This document shows positions 36,913 through 44,133 of a stretch of 53,546 bases of DNA, in pieces. Below the pieces are notes generated by a model. It did not search any database. It was not told where the DNA came from and was given only the letters and a program-made list of their open reading frames with translations. The translations under genes were made by a program, and so were the position numbers. The DNA comes from Myxococcota bacterium. Its GTDB lineage: Bacteria; Myxococcota; B64-G9. Each line of letters begins with the position of its first letter. Within the stretch, counting starts at the first letter, position 1. The stretch covers positions 1 to 53,546 of the forward strand of contig JAKLGA010000009.1 of NCBI GenBank assembly GCA_022710975.1. Reading direction: 5' to 3'.

Positions 36913-37134
36913 ATGGCCGAGATCAAGATGGACACCAAGGGAATGCGTTGCCCGCAGCCCGTGCTCAAGGTCGCCGCGCGCGCGCCGGAGCTGAAGGCCG
37001 GCGACCTGCTGGAGGTGATCGGCGACTGCCACACCTTCGAGGACGACATCCGCAAGTGGTGCCAGCGCATGGGCAAGACCCTGCTGGCGGTGAACCGGGA
37101 CGGCGCGGTGGTGACCGTGCGCATCCAGTTCTGA
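36913..37134 (+). CDS. TusA-family sulfurtransferase-like protein
   Basis: 73 aa with CPxP motif DTKGMRCPQPVLK at the canonical position. Confidence 0.8.
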   Translation: MAEIKMDTKGMRCPQPVLKVAARAPELKAGDLLEVIGDCHTFEDDIRKWCQRMGKTLLAVNRDGAVVTVRIQF

Positions 37135-37153
37135 GGCGGGGAGGACCCAGGCG

Positions 37154-38002
37154 ATGAGCAAGGACAAGCAGGCAGGCGACCTCCAGACCGCGCACCGGAC
37201 CTGCGCGGCGCTGGCGAAGGCGCTGGACGGTCTGGCCCAGGGGACCCTGGACGTCCCGGTGCCGTCGGCGGCCGGCGTCGAGGGGCTGGACCCGGTGTGC
37301 CTGGCGGCCAAGCGGCTGCAGGCGGAGCTGCGGCGCGCGGCCGGGGAGCTCGAGCAGGAGCGGAGCCAGAACCACCAGTCGAGCATGGAGATGGCCCTCG
37401 GGCTGTCCGAGAGCTTCGAGGTGCTGACCAAGGTCTGCCAGGGCAACCTCGACGCGCGGGTGGGCAAGCAGGTGGAGGAGTCACCCGAGGAGCTGATCGC
37501 CCAGCTGGCCAAGCTGCTGAACGCCACCATCGAGAACATCAGCCGCCAGCAGAACGTGATCCACGAGCTGTCGACTCCGGTGCTGCAGCTCTGGGACGAC
37601 ATCCTGGTGCTGCCGGTGATCGGCCTGGTGGACTCGCGCCGCAGCCTGGACATCATGGAGCGGCTGCTGCACCAGATCGTCGAGAAGCAGGCGCGCTACG
37701 TGATCATGGACATCACCGGCGTGGACCTGGTGGACACCAAGACCGCCGACCACTTCATCAAGGTGATCAAGGCGGCCGAGCTGCTGGGGACCACCTGCGT
37801 CCTGTCAGGCATCCAGCCCGCGGTGGCGCAGACCCTGGTCGAGATCGGGGTCGACCTGACCTCGATCCTGACGCTGCGCGATCTGTCGGAGGGGCTCAAG
37901 GAGTGCCTGCGGCTGAAGGAGGTCCAGGCCATTTCGGAGATGAAGATCCAGACGCAAGCGAGCGTGCGCGATGCCGGGTCTCGGCAACCTGCAGGTCGTT
38001 AG
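37154..38002 (+). CDS. RsbR-like stressosome sensor (N-terminal sensing domain + C-terminal STAS)
   Basis: C-terminal half ...VLPVIGLVDSRRSLDIMERLLHQIVEKQARYVIMDITGVDLVDTKTADHFIKVIKAAELLGTTCVLSGIQPAVAQTLVEIG is a STAS domain in RsbR arrangement. Confidence 0.7.
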   Translation: MSKDKQAGDLQTAHRTCAALAKALDGLAQGTLDVPVPSAAGVEGLDPVCLAAKRLQAELRRAAGELEQERSQNHQSSMEMALGLSESFEVLTKVCQGNLDARVGKQVEESPEELIAQLAKLLNATIENISRQQNVIHELSTPVLQLWDDILVLPVIGLVDSRRSLDIMERLLHQIVEKQARYVIMDITGVDLVDTKTADHFIKVIKAAELLGTTCVLSGIQPAVAQTLVEIGVDLTSILTLRDLSEGLKECLRLKEVQAISEMKIQTQASVRDAGSRQPAGR

Positions 38003-38396
38003 GCTGCGCGGCAACCTGCTCCTCTCGCTGCAGGGCGAGCTGAGCGACGCCGCGGTGAACGCGCTCAAGGAGACGGTGGCCGAGAAGGTCTCGCGCTCCC
38101 AGGGCGTGACCGGCCTGATCATCGACGTGTCCGGCATCGACGTGATGGACAGCTACATCTCCAGGACCATCCGGGATCTGAGCGTGATCTGCAAGCTGAT
38201 GGGGGTGACCACGGTGCTCGCCGGCATGGATCCCCATGTGGCCATGACCCTGGTCGAGATGGGCCTGGACTTCTCCGGTGTCCACACCGCGCTGAACCTC
38301 GACGTGGCGCTGGACCGGTTGAACGAGGTGGCCGCGCGGCCACGGCGCAGGCGGGGACAGCGGAGGGCGGCGCCGCGCGCGGGCAGGGCGGGCTGA
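37971..38396 (+). CDS. RsbS-like STAS-domain protein (anti-sigma-factor antagonist family)
   Basis: VVRLRGNLLLSLQGELSDAAVNALKETV...GLIIDVSGIDVMDSYISRTI...TVLAGMDPHVAMTLVEMGLD; ~140 aa. Confidence 0.7.
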   Translation: MPGLGNLQVVRLRGNLLLSLQGELSDAAVNALKETVAEKVSRSQGVTGLIIDVSGIDVMDSYISRTIRDLSVICKLMGVTTVLAGMDPHVAMTLVEMGLDFSGVHTALNLDVALDRLNEVAARPRRRRGQRRAAPRAGRAG

Positions 38397-38426
38397 GGCT
38401 GAGGCGGGGGCGGAGGGCGGATCGCA

Positions 38427-38996
38427 GTGGGCATGGCGTTCGAGATCGGCTCCATCCAGCGGCCGGCCGCGGGCCAGCTCGTGTGCGGTGACTCGCTCAC
38501 CGTCGTGGACGGGCCGAGCCTGTTCATCGCCCTGGCGGACGGGCTGGGCCACGGCCCGGCCGCGGCCGAGGCCGCCCGGCCGTTCTGCGAGTTCGCCGCG
38601 GCCCATCGGGCCGAGCCGCTGGACCAGATCCTGGTGAAGGCCTCGGAGGCCCTGGCGCACACGCGCGGGGCGGCTGGGGCGCTGGTGCGCATCGACAGCC
38701 AGGCCAGGAGCCTCGAGTTCTCCGGGATCGGGAACATCGAGCTGAAGAGCCTGCTGAACAGCGCGATCCAGCCCTTCTGCCGACCGGGCATCCTCGGGCG
38801 CGGCAGGCCGCGGGTCAGGGTGGACGCCTTCCCCGTGGCCGCGGGCGAGCTGCTGGCCCTGTTCTCGGACGGGGTGTCCAGCCGTTTCAGCCTGGACCAG
38901 TACCGCCACCTGCGGCCCCATGACCTCGCCCGGGCCCTGCTGGCGGAGCACGGCAAGCGGCACGACGACGCCACCTGCGTGGTGGTGCGCTGCTAG
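38427..38996 (+). CDS. PP2C-type serine phosphatase (RsbX/SpoIIE family)
   Basis: CGDSLTVVDG....IALADGLGHG ... LLALFSDGV: metal-binding Asp/Gly motifs of PP2C phosphatases; 189 aa. Confidence 0.7.
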   Translation: MGMAFEIGSIQRPAAGQLVCGDSLTVVDGPSLFIALADGLGHGPAAAEAARPFCEFAAAHRAEPLDQILVKASEALAHTRGAAGALVRIDSQARSLEFSGIGNIELKSLLNSAIQPFCRPGILGRGRPRVRVDAFPVAAGELLALFSDGVSSRFSLDQYRHLRPHDLARALLAEHGKRHDDATCVVVRC

Positions 38997-39021
38997 GCCC
39001 CCGGGTGAGGGAGGAGGCGAG

Positions 39022-39489
39022 GTGCGAGAGTCCTGGCGCATCCAGTGTCCGGCCGACGCCCTGTGGCTCGGCGGGTGCGCGCGGCGCTTCGCCGAGGAGC
39101 AGGGCTTCCCGGGGGAGGACCCCTCGCGGATCGGCCTGGCGGTGAGCGAGCTGGTGAACAACGTGCTCAAGTACGCCGGCCTGGGGCGGCTCGTGCTCGA
39201 GCTCGACGAGGCGGAGCCGGACCTGCTGGTGATCGTGGTGGAGGACGAGGGCGCGGGCATCCAGGATCTGCCGACGGCGCTGCAGGACGGCGTCTCGGAA
39301 GGGCGCAGGGTGAGCGGCGCGGCCGGCCAGGTGGCAGGCCGACGCGGCCTCGGTTGCGGGCTGGGCGCGGTGCAGCGCCTGATGGATGGGGTGGAGATCT
39401 CGAACCGGCCCGAGGGCGGGGTCAGGATCCGGGCGACCAAGCGGCGCGTGCGGGGCCGGTGGCCCGGACGTTCGGCGCAGGAGGGTTGA
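39022..39489 (+). CDS. RsbT/RsbW-like anti-sigma regulatory serine kinase (GHKL ATPase)
   Basis: GTG start after GGAGGAGG; AVSELVNNVLKYAG (N-box), VEDEGAGI (G1), GCGLGAVQRLMD (G2). Confidence 0.7.
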   Translation: MRESWRIQCPADALWLGGCARRFAEEQGFPGEDPSRIGLAVSELVNNVLKYAGLGRLVLELDEAEPDLLVIVVEDEGAGIQDLPTALQDGVSEGRRVSGAAGQVAGRRGLGCGLGAVQRLMDGVEISNRPEGGVRIRATKRRVRGRWPGRSAQEG

Positions 39490-39494
39490 ACCCG

Positions 39495-40166
39495 ATGGAA
39501 GACGTCAGAACGCTGGACGAGCTGTCGAAGAAGCTCACGCTGGTCCTGTCCGATTACCTGTCGCAGGTCATCGTCCCGGCGGTGCTGCGGACGGCCGTGC
39601 GCCGCGCCGTCCCGGACCCCAAGGTGGTGACGATGGCCGATCGGAAGAACCTCCTGCAGCAGCTCCAGCGCAGCGTGAACCTCTACATGGCCAACCGCAC
39701 CGCCTTCGAGAAGTGCAGCCAGCAGCTCGAGGACGTGCTGCTCGGCGACCTGCCCGCGCCCAGGCCCGAGGACCGGCTGCGCACCGTCCAGGTCAAGATC
39801 GACGCCGACATCGTGACCGCGCGGGCCGTGGTCCGCGACATGTGCCGCACCGAGGGCGTGGCGCGGGCGCTCGAGGTGACGCTCGCCACGGTCATCTCGG
39901 AGCTCGCGCGCAACATCGTCCTGTACGCGGGCTCCGGGGTCTTGACCCTGACCGTGCTCGAGGGCAAGCCGAGCGTGCTGCAGATCCAGTCCATCGACTC
40001 GGGCCCCGGGATCCGGGACCTGGCGTCCGTCCTGGACGGCAGCTACCGCTCCAAGACCGGCATGGGCCTGGGCCTGGCCTACGTGCGCAAGGTGATGGAC
40101 GAGGTGGTGATCGACTCCAGCCCGGGCAAGGGCACCTCGATCACCGCCAGGAAACGGCTGGATTAG
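39495..40166 (+). CDS. Second GHKL-type regulatory kinase with N-terminal extension
   Basis: VISELARNIVLYAG, QSIDSGPGI, GMGLGLAYVRKVMD; 223 aa. Confidence 0.65.
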   Translation: MEDVRTLDELSKKLTLVLSDYLSQVIVPAVLRTAVRRAVPDPKVVTMADRKNLLQQLQRSVNLYMANRTAFEKCSQQLEDVLLGDLPAPRPEDRLRTVQVKIDADIVTARAVVRDMCRTEGVARALEVTLATVISELARNIVLYAGSGVLTLTVLEGKPSVLQIQSIDSGPGIRDLASVLDGSYRSKTGMGLGLAYVRKVMDEVVIDSSPGKGTSITARKRLD

Positions 40167-40203
40167 GCTCGGGAATCCTGGAAAGCTCCGCGCGCCTCCG
40201 TCG

Positions 40204-40233
40204 TTGACCTCGGTCGCGGGAAGCGGTTAGCAT
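40204..40233 (+). promoter_or_regulatory. Candidate sigma70-type promoter TTGACC-N18-TAGCAT upstream of FGE-domain gene
   Basis: -35 TTGACC 40204-40209, -10 TAGCAT 40228-40233; CCAGGAGG RBS at 40253-40260; ATG 40270. Confidence 0.35.
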
Positions 40234-40269
40234 GGGCCCCGAACCCCGCTCCCCAGGAGGCCTGCTCCG

Positions 40270-41646
40270 ATGAGATGCGCGCCCTGGATCGCCCTCCTCC
40301 CGTGTCTGGTCGCCGCGGGCGCCCAGGCGGCCGACAACCGCCCGGTGCTGGCCGTCTTCAACGTGGAGGGCAAGCGCATCAAGCTGGACAAGGATCTGGC
40401 CGACGCGCTGGCGGACCACGCCGCCGCCCTGCTGACCGAGGCCGGGAGCTTCCAGGTCGTGCCGCGCGATCAGCTCAAGGAGCGGCTCACCCAGCAGAAG
40501 AGCGCCTCTTACCAGGCCTGCTACGACCAGAGCTGCCAGCTCGAGATCGGCAAGGAGCTGGCGGCCGAGAAGAGCCTGGCCATCCAGGTGATCAAGATAG
40601 GCTCCTACTGCACGGTGAACGCCACCCTGTACGACCTGAAGAAGTCCACCACCGAGAAGGCGGCCACCTCCGAGAAGGCGAACTGCAAGGACGAGGACGC
40701 GCTGCTGACCGCCCTGGAGAGGGCCATCCACAAGCTGGCCCTGCCCTCCGGCGCGCCGCCGCCCGAGCCCGTCAAGGCGCGCGGGCCGGACGTGGCCGCG
40801 CTGCCCAGGCCCGTGCCCGAACCCCCCAGGCCCGCGCCCGCCGCGCCCGCCGCGCCCGGCGTGGAGATGATCGACGTGCCCGGGGGCTTCGCCTGGCGAG
40901 GGTGCAACAAGGGCATCGATCCCGACTGCCCCGAGGACGAGCAGCCGGGGAAGCTCCTCGAGCTCAAGGCCTTCGCCATCGACAAGACCGAGGTGACGGT
41001 CGCCCAGTACATGCAGTGCGTGTCCGCCGGGCGCTGCAGCCAGCCCGATCCCGCGGCTATGCAGGCGGCCTCGTCCTACGGCTTCGGCTACGCCTACAGC
41101 TTCGGCGGGGCGGCGGGCGGCTCGGGCGGCGTGGGCCTCAACTTCCAGCAGCCCGGCCGCGAGAACCACCCGATGAACGGGGTCACCTGGCGCCAGGCGC
41201 GCGAGTACTGCGCTTACGCAGGCAAGCGCCTGCCGACCGAGGCCGAGTGGGAGAAGGCCGCCCGCGGCCCGAAGGGCGTGCTCTACGCCTGGGGCATGGA
41301 TCCACCCACCTGTGAGCGGGCGGTCATGAGCGACGACGAGAACGGGGAGGGCTGCGGCCAGGGCGGCACCGCCGAGGTCTGCTCCCGGCCCGAGGGCAAC
41401 AGCCCCTTCGGGCTGTGCGACATGGCGGGCAACGTGTGGGAGTGGGTCGAGGACATGTACGCCGAGGACTACTACACCAAGAGCCCGGGCGCGGACCCGA
41501 CCGGCCCCAGGAGCGGCAGCCAGCGCTCGCTGCGCGGCGGCTCGTACAAGTACGGGATCAAGGAGATGCGCGCCTCCTCCCGCTCGCAGTACGGCGAGGA
41601 GCAGGTGGCGGACGACATCGGCTTCCGCTGCGCCAAGAGCCTGTAG
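40270..41646 (+). CDS. Secreted protein with N-terminal ~125-aa domain of unknown function plus C-terminal formylglycine-generating-enzyme (FGE/SUMF1)-like domain
   Basis: Signal peptide MRCAPWIALLPCLVAAGAQA; FGE-like motifs HPMNGVTWRQAREYCAYAGKRLPTEAEWEKAARG, GNVWEWVEDMY, RGGSY; N-domain shared with next gene. Confidence 0.8.
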   Translation: MRCAPWIALLPCLVAAGAQAADNRPVLAVFNVEGKRIKLDKDLADALADHAAALLTEAGSFQVVPRDQLKERLTQQKSASYQACYDQSCQLEIGKELAAEKSLAIQVIKIGSYCTVNATLYDLKKSTTEKAATSEKANCKDEDALLTALERAIHKLALPSGAPPPEPVKARGPDVAALPRPVPEPPRPAPAAPAAPGVEMIDVPGGFAWRGCNKGIDPDCPEDEQPGKLLELKAFAIDKTEVTVAQYMQCVSAGRCSQPDPAAMQAASSYGFGYAYSFGGAAGGSGGVGLNFQQPGRENHPMNGVTWRQAREYCAYAGKRLPTEAEWEKAARGPKGVLYAWGMDPPTCERAVMSDDENGEGCGQGGTAEVCSRPEGNSPFGLCDMAGNVWEWVEDMYAEDYYTKSPGADPTGPRSGSQRSLRGGSYKYGIKEMRASSRSQYGEEQVADDIGFRCAKSL

Positions 41647-41781
41647 CCTGCCTACCAGCGCCCGCTTTTGCACGTCTCCGGTTTTCGTGATTTGCTGGGC
41701 GGCGTCCCTGCGAACATGCATGTTTCAGCGCTTGGATCTGCCGCCCTTCCCGGAGAGGGCGGCGCAGCCGGGGAGGCGGGC

Positions 41782-43644
41782 ATGAGGCTGTGGTCGAATC
41801 GATGGATGTGGGTCGTCCTGGTGTGCGGCGCGGCCCTGGGGGCGTGCGCGCCGCCGCTCGAGTGGGCCGTGGTGCGCGACAGCGCCGACCGCTCGCTGTG
41901 GCAGCAGTGCGTGGAGGGTCGGGCCTGTCAGGACGTGGCCTACGCGGCGCAGGACGGCCGGTTGCCGAAGGCCCTGACGAAGCTGCTGCGCGAGACCCTC
42001 ATGGCCTCTCAGCTGAACCCCGACCTGGTGGCCTACCTGCTCCAGCAGGGCGCGGATCCGAACTCGGAGTATAGCGGTCTGCCGGTGGCCACCTACCTGC
42101 TCGGCCCGTCGGATGGCCGCAGACCATCCTCTGGCCTGGTTCTCCCCACGCCCGCGGGCAGCGGTGGCTCCTTGCGAGACGAAGCCAGCATTATCAAAGT
42201 GCTGGGGGTGCTCGTCCAGGGCGGGCTCGACCTCAAGGCCGACTTCGATGCATCCTTCAAGTCACTCCTCTTCCTGGCTGTTCAGGGAGGGATGGCTCAG
42301 GTCGTGGGCTACCTGGTCGACCACGGCGCCAGGCTGAAGTCGAGCCAGTGGGACAGCCAGCCCATCGATGAGGCCATGCGACTTCGGAATCAGGCCATCA
42401 TCGCCAAGCTCTCGGGTGTCGGTGCCGTCGGCCCTGGACAACTTGCGCAGGCAATTCAGCAGGGGCAGTGGGATCTACTCCCTGGCCTGTGTGAGAAGGT
42501 GGATGGCGGACAACGATTCAACCCGAATCCCAATGTCAACGTATCCGCGCTGTACCTCGTGGTCTCCCGCCTGGCTTCGAATCGGGAAAAGAGGGCGGTG
42601 GCGGAGGCGTGTATCGAGACCCTCATGCGGCGTGGATTCGATCCCAACGAGGTTTATGCGGGCGGGTTCACTCCCTTCACCTACTGCTGCTACTCCAAGC
42701 TGTGCATCGAGTCCCCGCGCGCCATGAAGGCCTTCCTCGGGAAGGTGGATCCGGACGTCCTGTACGGTGGCATGGGAAGAGTCGCGCTCCACAATGCGGT
42801 CGAAGCCGGACAGACCGAGGTGGTGGGCCTCCTGCTCGCCGACGGCATCAACACGAACCTGCAGGACTCCCAGGGCTCGACGCCTCTGCACCTGGCGGTG
42901 GACCGCGGGGATGCCAACATCGTGAGGATGTTGCTGGAGCACGGCGCGAATCCGGCCCTCAAGGACACCGTCGGCCGGACACCGCTGGAGCAGGCCGTGG
43001 CCGCGAAGCGGAAAGATCTGGTCGCGTTGCTGGCGAGCAAGGTCAAGGCCTCTGAGGTGAGGGATGCTCAGCTCCGGGCGGAGCAGGCGCGCAACAAGGC
43101 CGAGGCGGACAAGGTGCTGGCCGACGCGAAGATCGCGGCCGCGCGCATCGAGGCTGCTCCGGCTGTAGGTGGGACAGCCAGTGGCGGAGAGGGTGTGGAC
43201 GACTGGGTGCCGCCCGGGCCCCGGCGCGAGAAGCCGGCCAAGTTGCCCGTGGTTGCGGTGTTCGACGTGGAGCTCAAGGGCGCCAGCATGGGCAAGGCCA
43301 CCCAGGCCAACCTGAGCGAACTGCTCTCCATCCAACTCGTGGAGACCGGTTACTTCCAGGCTGTGCCGCGGGAGGATCTCAAGAAGCGCCTGACCGACGT
43401 GAAGGCCGGCTCCTACAAGCCATGCTACGATCAGTCCTGCCAGATCGAGCTGGGCCGCGAGCTGGCCGCGGAGCAGACGCTCTCAGTCAAGGTGATGAAG
43501 ATCGGCGACGAGTGCTCCTCGACGCTGACCCTCTTCGACCTCAAGAAGGGCACTGCCGTCGGCGCGGTGACGGCCATGAGCCGGTGCGCCGAGGGCGAGG
43601 TGGTCAAGACCCTACGAAGGCTCGTGGATCGCTTGACGTACTAG
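41782..43644 (+). CDS. Ankyrin-repeat lipoprotein with C-terminal copy of the same ~125-aa unknown domain
   Basis: Leader MRLWSNRWMWVVLVCGAALGAC; ankyrin repeats (GSTPLHLAVDRGDANIVRMLLEHGANP..., GRTPLEQAV...); C-terminus VVAVFDVELKG...SYKPCYDQSCQIELGRELAAEQTLSVKVMKIGDECSSTLTLFDLKKG aligns with N-terminus of preceding gene. Confidence 0.8.
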   Translation: MRLWSNRWMWVVLVCGAALGACAPPLEWAVVRDSADRSLWQQCVEGRACQDVAYAAQDGRLPKALTKLLRETLMASQLNPDLVAYLLQQGADPNSEYSGLPVATYLLGPSDGRRPSSGLVLPTPAGSGGSLRDEASIIKVLGVLVQGGLDLKADFDASFKSLLFLAVQGGMAQVVGYLVDHGARLKSSQWDSQPIDEAMRLRNQAIIAKLSGVGAVGPGQLAQAIQQGQWDLLPGLCEKVDGGQRFNPNPNVNVSALYLVVSRLASNREKRAVAEACIETLMRRGFDPNEVYAGGFTPFTYCCYSKLCIESPRAMKAFLGKVDPDVLYGGMGRVALHNAVEAGQTEVVGLLLADGINTNLQDSQGSTPLHLAVDRGDANIVRMLLEHGANPALKDTVGRTPLEQAVAAKRKDLVALLASKVKASEVRDAQLRAEQARNKAEADKVLADAKIAAARIEAAPAVGGTASGGEGVDDWVPPGPRREKPAKLPVVAVFDVELKGASMGKATQANLSELLSIQLVETGYFQAVPREDLKKRLTDVKAGSYKPCYDQSCQIELGRELAAEQTLSVKVMKIGDECSSTLTLFDLKKGTAVGAVTAMSRCAEGEVVKTLRRLVDRLTY

Positions 43645-43685
43645 ACCGCCTCGACTCGAAGGAACCAGTCCAGGGAGGACTTACC

Positions 43686-44111
43686 ATGCCGAAGATCGTC
43701 GCCCTCGTTGCCTGCGCCCTGTGTGCTGTGTGCCTGGCCGCCTGCGTGCCGGGCCCGAAGATGAACTACACCGCCGCCCAGGTGAAGGACATCGACGACA
43801 TCCACGAGCTGATGCGCTACGCCTACGCCGAGACGAAGGGCATCTGGGGGCTGGAGGGCCAGGAGGCCCTGGCCGAGCCGGACTACGCGCTCCTGGTCAA
43901 GGTGGGCGAGGAGCTGGAGGCGGTCGGCACGGTGCTCGGGGACAAGCTGGGCGCCGAGCGTGCCGAGGGCTTCCGGGTGATCTCGAGGGCCCTGGCCGCC
44001 GAGGGGGGGAAGATGCGCGACGCGGCCAAGGGCCAGGACGCCGCCGGGGCCAAGGCCGCCATCAAGGCGATCGGCGAGAGCTGCGACGCCTGCCACAAGC
44101 AGTTCAAGTAA
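43686..44111 (+). CDS. Cytochrome c-prime-like (class II c-type cytochrome) lipoprotein
   Basis: Leader MPKIVALVACALCAVCLAAC; ~125-aa helical protein ending ...IGESCDACHKQFK (C-terminal CxxCH heme site typical of cytochrome c-prime/b562 fold). Confidence 0.65.
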   Translation: MPKIVALVACALCAVCLAACVPGPKMNYTAAQVKDIDDIHELMRYAYAETKGIWGLEGQEALAEPDYALLVKVGEELEAVGTVLGDKLGAERAEGFRVISRALAAEGGKMRDAAKGQDAAGAKAAIKAIGESCDACHKQFK

Positions 44112-44133
44112 AAGGCGCGGGGGAGGAACGTCC

